Made by a program: the position numbers and the translations under genes. 64,000 nt of DNA from Acidobacteriota bacterium (lineage in GTDB: Bacteria; Acidobacteriota; Vicinamibacteria; Vicinamibacterales; CAVVIG01), in assembly GCA_003222535.1 (NCBI GenBank), contig QHWJ01000233.1, forward strand, positions 13,736 through 77,735, written 5' to 3'. Positions within the stretch are counted from its first letter, which is position 1. Each line of letters starts with the position of its first letter. The notes under the pieces are model-generated. The model was not told where the DNA came from and searched no databases. It saw only the letters and a list, made by a program, of their open reading frames with translations. Shown piece after piece: positions 1 to 10,248 of the stretch.

Positions 1-1
1 G

Positions 2-877
2 TTCATGATCCCAGCCGGAGAACTGCGCGATCCAGAACAGCCGGCCGCCGACACGCATGACGCCGAGCGGCAACATGTAGCTCGCGCCCGATCGATCGCA
101 CGGCAGGAGATCGACGCCCATCGTCAGCGGCCGGACGCCGGCCTCGTCGCGTACGAACCAACCCGTGCCGAACGCGAGTGCGGCGCATTCGCCAAGAAAC
201 TGCCCGAGCTCGCGGTACCGCCGATTCGCTTCGACGTAGTACACGCGTGGGGAGGCGCCAAACGCGTACACCGCCTCAATTGTGGGCTCGACGCCCTCGC
301 GTGCGCGCCTGGCGACCGGATGGCCGTGCCGTTGTTCGACGAGGCGCTCGGCCTCGTTGAACGCCTGCGTCAGCACCCGCGTGAACGATCGCACTTCATC
401 GGCGCTCGACGGCACAATCTCAGCGCGCTCCACCGGTTGCGGCGGCGATACCGCCAGTCCGTCTTTCGGATAAGGTTGCTCGGTTCGCGGCGGCGGCAGT
501 GTTGAAGGCAGGTAGTCGGTGCGCAGACCGATCTGGCGCACGCAGTGCACATCGACCCAGTCCGGCTGCACGACGCGAAGCATGAGGGGGCTCGGCGCCG
601 TCCAGGCCTGCCAGCTCTCGAGCGCGCGCGTCGGCCCCCACCAACGAGAGGGGACCGCGCGCAGATCGATCGGCACGGTGAGCTCCAGGCCCGGCGGCGG
701 CCACGCGCTGCTCCACCGTTTCCCGTCGAACGACGCGAACGGGACGACGACGCTGTCGCGCCGGAGGGCGCCGACGCCGAACGCGCCGCGCGGTGGATCC
801 GCGGCACCCACCATCACCGCGCCGAGGCCCATGATGGCCGCCCCGGCGGCTAACGCCCGCGCGATGCTGGTCGTCAC
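2..877 (-). CDS. hypothetical protein with hydrophobic N-terminus; partial, its C-terminus runs off the window start
   Basis: Hand translation of the reverse strand (codons 2-4, 5-7, ...) is open from GTG 877 (ATG 832) to the window edge. It has strong GC3 bias and a protein-like sequence (VTTSIARALAAGAAIMGLGAVMVG...FGTGWFVRDEAGVRPL...FWIAQFSGWDHE). It is absent from the ORF track because it has no stop inside the window. No family recognised. Confidence 0.5.
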   Translation of the reverse strand, partial: MTTSIARALAAGAAIMGLGAVMVGAADPPRGAFGVGALRRDSVVVPFASFDGKRWSSAWPPPGLELTVPIDLRAVPSRWWGPTRALESWQAWTAPSPLMLRVVQPDWVDVHCVRQIGLRTDYLPSTLPPPRTEQPYPKDGLAVSPPQPVERAEIVPSSADEVRSFTRVLTQAFNEAERLVEQRHGHPVARRAREGVEPTIEAVYAFGASPRVYYVEANRRYRELGQFLGECAALAFGTGWFVRDEAGVRPLTMGVDLLPCDRSGASYMLPLGVMRVGGRLFWIAQFSGWDHE

Positions 878-923
878 AGGCGCGGAGTATACTCCCCGCC
901 CCCGCGAGAGGAGGCTGACTCTC

Positions 924-967
924 GGGGACTGAGGGGACTGGGGACTGGGGACTGGGGACTGGGGATT
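924..967. repeat. tandem heptamer array (GGGGACT)x6
   Basis: GGGGACT GA GGGGACT GGGGACT GGGGACT GGGGACT GGGGATT read directly. The same unit recurs at 48865-48916 and 62383-62400. Confidence 0.9.
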
Positions 968-1072
968 GTAGAGTTGAGAGTTAAAAGGCAAAACGGAAAC
1001 AGCAAAGGCGACGAGCAGAAGGTTGGCGTGCCCTCTGCCCTAGCCATCAGCCATGACTGATTTCTTTTCTCG

Positions 1073-2482
<1,410 letters not shown>

Positions 2483-2581
2483 TCGTGAAAGCTCCTGTGC
2501 TGACGTGACGGCCGCGAAGGCGTTGTTAAATGGTACGGACCCCTGCTGCAGAGGTCAAGCGCTTTGCTGGTAAGACGTTGA

Positions 2582-2611
2582 GGCCGCGCGCAAGGGTTCA
2601 TCCGCGCGGCC
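2582..2611 (-). terminator. GC-rich stem-loop downstream of cheR-like gene (weak intrinsic-terminator candidate)
   Basis: GGCCGCGCG, 12-nt loop, CGCGCGGCC (9-bp stem). There is no clean U-tract on the minus strand. Confidence 0.3.
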
Positions 2612-2762
2612 CCATAGGCGCACCTACTGCGATTTTCACTTTGGCGTAGCCACCGCGCGAGGGCACGGAGGATATGGAGTCTGCTCCGTTATCTCGGCCT
2701 GCTACACCGAAGTGAAAACAGCGGTAGAAGCTCCAGCCGCCCGGTGCACGGCCGATGCTCCG

Positions 2763-4691
2763 TCAGTTGAGTGTTGTTTCTGACGCCGCAGGCACCTCGT
2801 CGATCGTCATGATGACGCCTTGCACCTGAGTCCGGCCCATGAGCGGCGTGCAGGTGACCTTGCATTGCAGCGCCTTGCCGCGGCGGTTGGTTGCCGTCAC
2901 CATGACGTCCGTCAGGTCGGACTCGCCCGTCAGACACGCGCGAATCGGGCGGCGCAGCTGCTCGATCGGCAGGCCGATGTCGAGGCCGAAGACGTTCTTG
3001 TTCCGCACTTCCTCGGCGCGCAGGCCCCAGAGATCTTCGGACCGGTGATTCCACGCGATCACGTGCAGCTCCGGGTTGACGACGATCACGGCGCCGCGCA
3101 TGCCGCGCATGACCGATTCGAGGAAATGATTCACGTGATTGAGCGCCTCGCCGCGGTCGCGCAGCTCCTCGTTGATCGACTGCAGCTCTTCGTTGGTCGA
3201 CTGGAGCTCTTCGTTCATCGTTTCGAGCTCCTCGTTGGTCGACTGCAGCTCCTCGTTCGTCGTCTCCAGCTCCTCGACGGTCGACTGCAGCTCCTCGTTC
3301 GTCGTCTCCAGTTCTTCGTTGGTCGCCTGCAGCTCCTCGCAGGTGGTTTCCAGGTCCTGTTTCGAGCGTGACAGCTGCTGCTGCAGCTCCACCACGCGCG
3401 TCGCATCGGAGAACGTGATGCTCGCGCCGAGCACGCGCCCCTGAGGGTCGAACAGCGGCGTCACCTGCACATCGAGGCTGCGCGCCTCGCGGCCGTGCGC
3501 CTCCGACGTCACGTCCTTGACGACGATGGGGCGGCGCTGTTCCTCCGCGTCCCGGATGAGCGAGCGCAAATCGAGCGGACGATGGGACAATTCAAGCTCG
3601 TGGAACGCCCGGCCGACGTCGGAGGACACGAGGCCGAACAGGGTGCGCGCGCGGTCGTTGAACATGCCGACCGTGCCGCCCGCCTCGACCACCACCTGGG
3701 CGATCGGCGCCGCGTCAAACGCGATGTTGTACATGTCGGGATGGCTGGGCATGGCGGCGGTCCCGGACTCGTCGTGGCGCACTGGCATCAATCCGTTGAA
3801 CCGGTCGGAAGAATCGTCGCGGCGCAGCTTCCGGAAGACGCGGCTGCGAAGATCGACCGGAGCGAACATCTCGGACCGCGTCAACAGCATCTCCGCTTTG
3901 CCGAGCACCAGGATCCCGTCATCGGCCAGCGCAGAATGAAAACGCGTCAGGATGCGCGACTGGACCTCGGCGTTGAAGTACATCAACGTGTTGCGGCAGA
4001 GGATCAGGCTCATGCGCGAGATCGGCGCGTCGTGAATGAGATCGTGCCGGCCGAAGATCACCGAGCGCCGCAGATCCTTGTCCAGCACGAAACGGTCGCC
4101 GTCGGACCGGAAATATTTCTGCAGCAGCGCGGGGGGCACCGCCTCGATCTGCCGGTGCGCGTAGACCGCCTGCCGCGCCTCATTCAGCGCCTCATCGTCG
4201 ACGTCGGTCGCGTAGATCTTGACACGCTCGGCGAACGCGTCCGCGCCGAACGCTTCCGCGATCAGCATCGCAACCGTGTATGACTCTTCGCCCGACGCGC
4301 AGCCTGCGCTCCACACGCGGATCACGCCGTCGGCCGCGCGCTTCTCCACCAGGCGGGGAATGATGTCCGTACGCAGGTACTCCCACGGAGTTTCGTCGCG
4401 GAAGAACGCGGTGACGTTGATGAGAATCGTGTTGAAGAGATGCTTGAACTCGTCAGGGTGCACTTCGAGATAGTCGATGTATTCGTTGAAATCCGGAATC
4501 GCCACGCTGTCCATGCGCCTCTGGACGCGGCGGACGAGGCTCGGCCGCTTGTACGCCGTGAAATCGAATCCCCTGGTGCGGCGGAGGTAATCGAGCAGCT
4601 CGCCGAAGGCCTTCTCGTCGACCGACAGGGGCGTGAAATCGAGGGGCTCGTTCTCGCTTGACATTGGCGTCGGCGCGCACCACGCTATCAC
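2763..4691 (-). CDS. CheR-type protein-glutamate methyltransferase fused to a coiled coil and PAS domains; no kinase domain
   Basis: CheR N- and SAM-binding regions (RVWSAGCASGEESYT). Characteristic EELQSTNEELETTNEELQS heptad run, then a PAS-like C-terminus. Confidence 0.9.
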   Translation of the reverse strand: MIAWCAPTPMSSENEPLDFTPLSVDEKAFGELLDYLRRTRGFDFTAYKRPSLVRRVQRRMDSVAIPDFNEYIDYLEVHPDEFKHLFNTILINVTAFFRDETPWEYLRTDIIPRLVEKRAADGVIRVWSAGCASGEESYTVAMLIAEAFGADAFAERVKIYATDVDDEALNEARQAVYAHRQIEAVPPALLQKYFRSDGDRFVLDKDLRRSVIFGRHDLIHDAPISRMSLILCRNTLMYFNAEVQSRILTRFHSALADDGILVLGKAEMLLTRSEMFAPVDLRSRVFRKLRRDDSSDRFNGLMPVRHDESGTAAMPSHPDMYNIAFDAAPIAQVVVEAGGTVGMFNDRARTLFGLVSSDVGRAFHELELSHRPLDLRSLIRDAEEQRRPIVVKDVTSEAHGREARSLDVQVTPLFDPQGRVLGASITFSDATRVVELQQQLSRSKQDLETTCEELQATNEELETTNEELQSTVEELETTNEELQSTNEELETMNEELQSTNEELQSINEELRDRGEALNHVNHFLESVMRGMRGAVIVVNPELHVIAWNHRSEDLWGLRAEEVRNKNVFGLDIGLPIEQLRRPIRACLTGESDLTDVMVTATNRRGKALQCKVTCTPLMGRTQVQGVIMTIDEVPAASETTLN

Positions 4692-4744
4692 ACTGGGCGT
4701 CTGTCCTCACTGCGCCGAAACTGCCGGTTTCTGGAGCCACGGCC

Positions 4745-5758
4745 ATGCCGGGCCACGACATCATCGTCATCGGTGCCTCGAGCGGCGGCGTCGAGGTGTT
4801 GACGAGTCTCGTCAGCCGGCTCCCTGAAACGCTTCCGGCTGCGATCTTCGTCGTCCTGCACGTTCGGCCCGACGTCCCGAGCCTGCTCCCCGCGATCCTC
4901 AACCGCGTCGGCGCGCTGCCGGCGGCTCATGCGGTCGACGGCGAGCCAATCCGCAGCGGGCGGATCTACGTGGCGCCGCCTGGCAAACAGATCTATCTGC
5001 ACAAGCGGCGCGTGGGGGTGGAACTGGGACCCCGCGAGAATATGCACAGGCCGGCCATCGATCCGCTGTTCAGAACGGCTGCGCACCACCACGGTTCACG
5101 CGTCATCGGCGTGATCGCCAGCGGGGCGCTCGACGACGGGACGGCTGGCCTGCAGGCGGTGAAAGGGGCCGGCGGCATTGCCGTGGTGCAGGATCCGGCG
5201 GACGCCGTGTGCGCCAGCATGCCGGCCCACGCGATGGCGCGCGTGGCCGTCGATCACTGCGTCAAGGCCGTGGATCTCCCTGCGCTGCTCGTCCATCTGG
5301 TCGGCGTGCCCGCGCCCGAACCCAGCGCCCGAATGCAGGCGCCGCTCGAGAAGTACGAAGAAGCCGCGAGCACGCTGGAACGCGCCGTCATCGGCCCTCC
5401 TCCCATCGGCGTCGAGTCGGGGCTGACCTGTCCCGAATGCAGCGGCATCCTCCGAGAGGTTCGTGAGGGGGACGTCCTGCAGTTCCGCTGCCGGGTGGGC
5501 CACTCGTACTCCAGCGAGACAATGCTCGAAGCGCAAGGCGAAGCCGTGGAGAAGACGCTGTGGACCGCCGTCCGCTCCCTGGAGGAGCGCTCGATCCTCA
5601 TCGACAAGCTGGCCGAGAACGCGCGCGCCCACGGCCACGACGGGATCGCCGCGGTGTTCGACGATCGTTCGATGGCCTTCAGCCACGACGTCCAGATGTT
5701 GCGCGCTCTGATAGGGCGCGGCCGCGCGCTCGAACCCGTTGGACACGATGGCTCGTGA
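4745..5758 (+). CDS. CheB-type methylesterase domain protein (no receiver domain) with C-terminal zinc-ribbon/coiled-coil region
   Basis: DIIVIGASSGGVEVL, GVIASGALDDGTAGL and TCPECSG...RCRVGH motifs. I chose ATG 4745 because the 4658 start would overlap the divergent cheR-like gene. Confidence 0.88.
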   Translation: MPGHDIIVIGASSGGVEVLTSLVSRLPETLPAAIFVVLHVRPDVPSLLPAILNRVGALPAAHAVDGEPIRSGRIYVAPPGKQIYLHKRRVGVELGPRENMHRPAIDPLFRTAAHHHGSRVIGVIASGALDDGTAGLQAVKGAGGIAVVQDPADAVCASMPAHAMARVAVDHCVKAVDLPALLVHLVGVPAPEPSARMQAPLEKYEEAASTLERAVIGPPPIGVESGLTCPECSGILREVREGDVLQFRCRVGHSYSSETMLEAQGEAVEKTLWTAVRSLEERSILIDKLAENARAHGHDGIAAVFDDRSMAFSHDVQMLRALIGRGRALEPVGHDGS

Positions 5759-5844
5759 CCGGACGCTGGTATCTTCCCTTGCACCCGCCCAACGGCAGAG
5801 GTAGCATGAGGCCTTCCGCGCGATCAGGAGCTTGAGAGCATCCG

Positions 5845-6570
5845 ATGACCGCCATCACGCCGCTCCACGCCGCGACGAACAAACGGCCGGTGGCTCTGCT
5901 TGTTGATCGCGACCCGGACACTCGCCGGATGTACGCCGAGTATCTGAAGCTGTCCTCCTGCATCATCGAGGAGGCGGACGACGGCCGTGCGGCGCTCGCG
6001 AAAGCCATCTCAGGCCGTCCGGACATCATCGTCACCGAAACACACTTGCCTGGAATGAGCGGCTTCGACTTGTGCAGCCTCCTCCGCCAGGATGCGGCGA
6101 CGCGCGCGATCCCGATCGTCGTTGTCACGAGCGACGTTGTCGAGGCCGACGTGAGGCGCGTGTGGCAGGCGGGCGCCGACGCCGTCCTGGCAAAACCGTG
6201 CCACCCGGAGGCGCTGCTCGCAGAGATCCGGAGCCTGCTGCAGCAGTCGGCCTCCCTGCGGGAACGCGCTGGCGCCATCCGCGAAAAGGTGCGCGGCCAG
6301 TTGGCGAAATCCGACCGGCTGATCGAACACTCGCGCGCCGTGCGGCGTCAGAAGCTCAGCAAAGTGCACAGCCGTCACGAGACGACGACGCCGCCTATCA
6401 CGCCGCCAATGCTCGAGTGTCCTTTGTGCGACCAGCCACTGCGGTACCTCCGCAGCCACATCGGCGGTGTGAACGCCCGCCATCCGGAACAGTGGGATTA
6501 TTTCGAGTGCACGGATGGCTGCGGCGAGTTCCAGTACCGCGAGCGCACGCGGAAGCTGCGGAAGGTCTAA
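5845..6570 (+). CDS. response-regulator receiver domain protein with C-terminal Cys4 zinc ribbon
   Basis: Receiver motifs (LLVDRDPD..., IIVTETHLPGMSG, VVVTSD) and CPLCDQ...CTDGC at the C-terminus. Confidence 0.85.
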   Translation: MTAITPLHAATNKRPVALLVDRDPDTRRMYAEYLKLSSCIIEEADDGRAALAKAISGRPDIIVTETHLPGMSGFDLCSLLRQDAATRAIPIVVVTSDVVEADVRRVWQAGADAVLAKPCHPEALLAEIRSLLQQSASLRERAGAIREKVRGQLAKSDRLIEHSRAVRRQKLSKVHSRHETTTPPITPPMLECPLCDQPLRYLRSHIGGVNARHPEQWDYFECTDGCGEFQYRERTRKLRKV

Positions 6571-6702
6571 ACATTTTCTAAAGCCGTGTTCTGGTGAAAT
6601 GAAGCAAGTTGTTTCAGGTGAGGCTTTAGAAGCTGTCTGCCTGGAAAATCAGCCGTTGTGTGCCGATAGTCAGAACAGTTTGACGCGATGGAGGTCATTT
6701 TT

Positions 6703-7374
6703 ATGCGCGCATTGATCGGGGCGGTTCTCCTGGCCGTGGGAGCCTCGACAGTACAGGCCGCCGATGTGTCCACGAGGCAAGCCGAACGGATTCGAGAGGC
6801 CGCCACGGTGCTCAACGAGATCCACGCGGTGCCCGACAAAGACATTCCGCAGGAGCTCTGGACGCGCGCCGAATGCGTCATCGTCGTGCCGTCCCTGAAG
6901 AAGGCCGCGTTCGTGGTTGGCGGCGAGTACGGCAAGGGACTCATGAGCTGCCGGCACTCCGGCGAATGGAGCGCGCCGATCTTCATGCAGGTGGGCAAAG
7001 GCAGTTGGGGGCTGCAGATCGGCGCCCAAACCATCGATCTCGTGCTGCTCGTGATGAATGCGAGCGGCATGGAGAAAATGTTGCGCAACAAAGTATCGCT
7101 CGGCGCCGAGGCATCCATTGCCGCCGGCCCCATAGGCCGGGACGCCCGCGCCGCGACCGATGCGCAGATGAAGGCGGAGATTCTGTCGTATTCGCGGGCG
7201 CAGGGGCTGTTTGCCGGAATCAACTTTTCGGGCGGCGTGGTGAAACCGGATGTGGACGACAACAAGGATCTTTACGGGTCGAAGGCATCCGCCCGCGACG
7301 TGGTGATGGGCGGGACGGTGAAAGCGCCGGCAGCGACAGACGCCTTCATGACCGCGCTGAAGCGCGGACAATAG
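6703..7374 (+). CDS. SYLF (DUF500/Ysc84-like) lipid-binding domain protein, secreted
   Basis: Signal peptide MRALIGAVLLAVGAS. The body (VPSLKKAAFVVGGEYGKG...GWGLQIGAQ...) matches the SYLF family. GGAGG lies 9 nt before ATG 6703; the ORF opens at 6688. Confidence 0.85.
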   Translation: MRALIGAVLLAVGASTVQAADVSTRQAERIREAATVLNEIHAVPDKDIPQELWTRAECVIVVPSLKKAAFVVGGEYGKGLMSCRHSGEWSAPIFMQVGKGSWGLQIGAQTIDLVLLVMNASGMEKMLRNKVSLGAEASIAAGPIGRDARAATDAQMKAEILSYSRAQGLFAGINFSGGVVKPDVDDNKDLYGSKASARDVVMGGTVKAPAATDAFMTALKRGQ

Positions 7375-7448
7375 ACATCTTCTAAAGCCGTGTTCTGGCG
7401 AAATATGAAGAAGCCGAGCTGATCCCTCAGGAACGAAACAGACCGTTC

Positions 7449-7729
7449 GCAGCCCGTGGTGAAAGTCCCGGCGTCGCACCGAGGCCGGCGAGGCGCCCCG
7501 ATGGCAAGGCGCGACGACCGAGAACCGGGGCCCCCACCGCGCGTAGTTTGCGCGGTGGGGTGGCAATATCGGGCAATATTTGAGGGAGGAGCAACGCAGC
7601 CAGCCCGGGGTCCCCAACGCGGCAGCCGCGTTGGGGTGGAGCGGGGATGCATCGCCGGTCGAACGGGGTCCCCAGCGCGGCAGCCGCGCTGGGGGCCCCG
7701 AATGCAGCCGGACTTTTACCACGGGCTGC
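7449..7729. mobile_element. MITE-like element, copy 1 (281 bp) with 23-bp terminal inverted repeats
   Basis: Left end GCAGCCCGTGGTGAAAGTCCCGGC, right end GCCGGACTTTTACCACGGGCTGC. The internal core is shared with copies at 8874, 26936 and 61105. No transposase. Confidence 0.8.
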
Positions 7730-7797
7730 GAGGTCGCGTCATAACGTTTCGTTCCAGGCGAAGCTTCGTTACGATGGCTGATGGCTGCCTCTCCGCG

Positions 7798-7857
7798 TCA
7801 TAGATCTCCCTTCAGTTCGTCCTGCATCAGGTCTTCGAGCGAATCCAGACTCGGCAT
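7798..7857 (-). pseudogene. remnant of a DUF892 (YciE/YciF ferritin-like) gene; N-terminal codons only, frameshifted
   Basis: MPSLDSLEDLMQDELKGDL* resembles the DUF892 N-terminus. Removing one G restores ELKEIYDAERQ, the family signature, after which similarity ends in repeat sequence. Confidence 0.45.
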
Positions 7858-8096
7858 GGCTGCATGTCCTCGGTGAAAGGTTCTCAGGGTCTGTCCGAAG
7901 CCTGGGCACGAAGCAAGACTCGTGCGCGCGCGACTGCGGCGCGGCCCGACAGACTGGCAACGGGATATGGGCGCTGTCGAGATCGCCGCGCCGTTCCGTC
8001 GACGATTGCGTCGCGCGAGGAGGCCGTCGGCCGAGCCGGCTCCGCCGGATGGGCACACAACGTGCACCCAGGCCGTGAAAGAAGGGAGGCAACCTC

Positions 8097-8873
8097 ATGC
8101 GTGTATTCAAGGCTGTGTGTGTCGCGGCGGTGTTGACGCTGTGGCTCGCGCCCGGCGTTCGAGCCGACCAGTGGAACAAGAAGACGATTCTGACCTTCAG
8201 CGGGCCGGTGCAAATCCCGGGCGCGACGCTGCCCGCGGGAAGCTACGTGTTCAAGCTCGCCGATCTGAGCGGCAATCGGCACGTGGTGCAGGTCTTCGAC
8301 AAGGACGAGAAAAAAATCTACACGACGATCCTCGCGATCCCCAACCAGCGGCTCGATGCCGGCGACAAGCCCGTGGTGCTGTTTTCCGAGCGATCGAGCG
8401 GATCGCCGCAAGCCGTGAAGGTGTGGTACTACCCGGGTGATACGATCGGCAACGAATTCGTGTACCCGAAGGAGCAGGCGATGCGAATCGCAAGAGAGAC
8501 GCATCAATCCGTGCTGTCAACCAACGACGAAACGCGCACGACGACCTCGGACGCCGATCGGAGGGGCTCGATGCAGAGCGCGAAGCTCGGCCGGTTCGAC
8601 GAAGCCGGCGCATGGCAAAACGACGATCGCGAAGTCGCGACATTCCCGGCACCCGCGAGGACACCCACAGGGTCCCAGACCGTCGCTGGGCCGGCGCGGA
8701 CGCGCGGACAGACCCGAGCTGCGGCCGCCGCGACGGCAGGGACGTCCGGAACGCGGTCCACGCGCAAGCACCTGCCGCGCACGGCGAGCAGTTTCGCCCT
8801 GTTCGAGCTGATGAGCGGGTTCTCGATCGCGAGCGGGCTGGCTCTGCTCCATGTCGGCAAACGCATCGCGTAA
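8097..8873 (+). CDS. secreted protein with C-terminal LPRTAS sorting-signal-like tail (candidate sortase substrate)
   Basis: GGAGG RBS, signal peptide, globular N-domain and a low-complexity T/R/A stalk. The C-terminus is HLPRTAS + SFALFELMSGFSIASGLALLHV + GKRIA. Confidence 0.8.
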   Translation: MRVFKAVCVAAVLTLWLAPGVRADQWNKKTILTFSGPVQIPGATLPAGSYVFKLADLSGNRHVVQVFDKDEKKIYTTILAIPNQRLDAGDKPVVLFSERSSGSPQAVKVWYYPGDTIGNEFVYPKEQAMRIARETHQSVLSTNDETRTTTSDADRRGSMQSAKLGRFDEAGAWQNDDREVATFPAPARTPTGSQTVAGPARTRGQTRAAAAATAGTSGTRSTRKHLPRTASSFALFELMSGFSIASGLALLHVGKRIA

Positions 8874-9155
8874 CAGCCCGTGGTGAAAGTCTGGCGTCGC
8901 ACCGAGACGGGCGAGGCGCCCCGCCGGCGAGGTCTCGCCGAAGTTCGTGGCTGCGAGAGTGTCCCGCGAACGAAGGCGGACGGCCGAGAACCCGGGCCCC
9001 CGCCGCGCGTGGTTTGCGCGGCGGGGTGGCAATACCGGGAGTATTTGAGCGAGGAGCAACGCAGCTGGCGCCGGGGTCCCCAACGCGGCAGCCGCGTTGG
9101 GGTGGGGCGGGGATGCATCGCCCGTCGAATCGAGCCAGACTTTCACCACGGGCTG
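8874..9155. mobile_element. MITE-like element, copy 2 (282 bp)
   Basis: TIRs CAGCCCGTGGTGAAAGTCTGGC / GCCAGACTTTCACCACGGGCTG. It starts immediately after the TAA stop of the preceding gene. Confidence 0.8.
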
Positions 9156-9330
9156 GTGAGCGCGGTCAACTGAGTGGCGAACGACGAGCGGTTTGCACAT
9201 TCGCTCGTCCTGAGCCTGTCCCGAGCTGTCGAAGGACGAGCGGTTTCGCTCGTGGTTCGACAAGCTCACAAGTAACGAAGATTCGCTCGGCGACGGAACA
9301 TCACCTCGGCGGCTCGAGGCGAAGCTTTAC

Positions 9331-10248
9331 TTGTTGGTGGTACGATTTGCCATGCGCCGCCTGATGGCCACCCTGCTGTTCATGGCGCCGCTCGCCGCGC
9401 AGGAGCCGAGCTTCCGGAGCGGTCCCAGTGAGCTCGTCGTGCTTCCCGTGATCGTGACCGACAGACAGGGCCGCTACGTGGGCGACCTGCCACGCGATCG
9501 ATTCACGGTCTACGACAATGGCCGCCGCGTGGCGATCGAGCTCTTCAGCAACGAAGACACACCCGTTACCGTCGGGCTCCTCATCGACGCCAGTGGAAGC
9601 ATGCGGTCCAAGCTTGGCGAGGTGGTCGCCGGGTCGCTCGCCTTCGCGAAGTCCAGCAACCCGCAGGACGAGCTGTTCGCGATCCGGTTCAACGACGACG
9701 TGCAGCATGCCGTTCGCGATCGTCGATTTCTCATGGCGGGCGACCTCGGTGCCCTCCAGTCGGCGCTTGTGGCCTTGAGAGCGGACGGACGGACCGCGTT
9801 GTACGACGCGCTGACCGAGGGGCTCGATCATCTCGCGCTCGGGTCGCGCCCGCGCAAGGTCCTCCTCGTCATCAGCGACGGCGGCGACAACGCAAGCCAG
9901 GCCACGCTCGAACGGGTCTTGTCGCGCGCGCGCGGCTCGAACGCGGTGATCTACACGATCGGCATCTTCGATGCCCAGGATCTCGATCGCAACACGGGAG
10001 TGCTCAAGTCGCTCGCGCACACCACGGGCGGCGAACGGTTCCTTCCTCATTCGCCGGGCGAGCTCCTTCGAGTGTGCGAACGGATCGCGCGCGAGATTCG
10101 AAGCGGTTACACCATCGGCTACGTCCCGCCCGATCGGGACGGCGCGTATCACCGCGTGCGCGTGCAGATCGAGCCGTCGCCGCCGCGCCGGTCGACCGTG
10201 CGCACGCGCCCCGGTTACTTCGCCGCAGGGCGATCGTCACAACCATGA
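9331..10248 (+). CDS. secreted von Willebrand factor A domain protein (acidobacterial VWFA type)
   Basis: Signal peptide, then VVLPVIVTDRQGRYV...GLLIDASGSM (MIDAS DxSxS) ...LLVISDGGDN. No C-terminal sorting signal. Confidence 0.88.
   Translation: MLVVRFAMRRLMATLLFMAPLAAQEPSFRSGPSELVVLPVIVTDRQGRYVGDLPRDRFTVYDNGRRVAIELFSNEDTPVTVGLLIDASGSMRSKLGEVVAGSLAFAKSSNPQDELFAIRFNDDVQHAVRDRRFLMAGDLGALQSALVALRADGRTALYDALTEGLDHLALGSRPRKVLLVISDGGDNASQATLERVLSRARGSNAVIYTIGIFDAQDLDRNTGVLKSLAHTTGGERFLPHSPGELLRVCERIAREIRSGYTIGYVPPDRDGAYHRVRVQIEPSPPRRSTVRTRPGYFAAGRSSQP

Noticed and set aside
3139-3330. DNA-level 21/42-nt periodic repeats inside the cheR-like gene, considered as a hypervariable or contingency tract.
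   Set aside because: They encode the EELQSTNEEL coiled coil that is characteristic of this protein family, so the periodicity is explained by protein structure.
7452-7472. GTGGTGAAAGTCC in the MITE ends resembles the GGTGNAANTCC segment of cobalamin riboswitches.
   Set aside because: The other riboswitch elements (GGGAA, B12 box) are absent. The segment is one arm of a terminal inverted repeat present at both ends of each element.
7456-9173. Conserved small ORFs inside the MITE copies (MVKV...GPQRGSRVGV..., and PTRLPRWGP on the other strand), also at 26806-27297 and 61161-61409.
   Set aside because: They are conserved only because the DNA is a repeat. Differences between copies show no codon-position bias that I could see. 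The frames are open on both strands and there are no RBS or family motifs.
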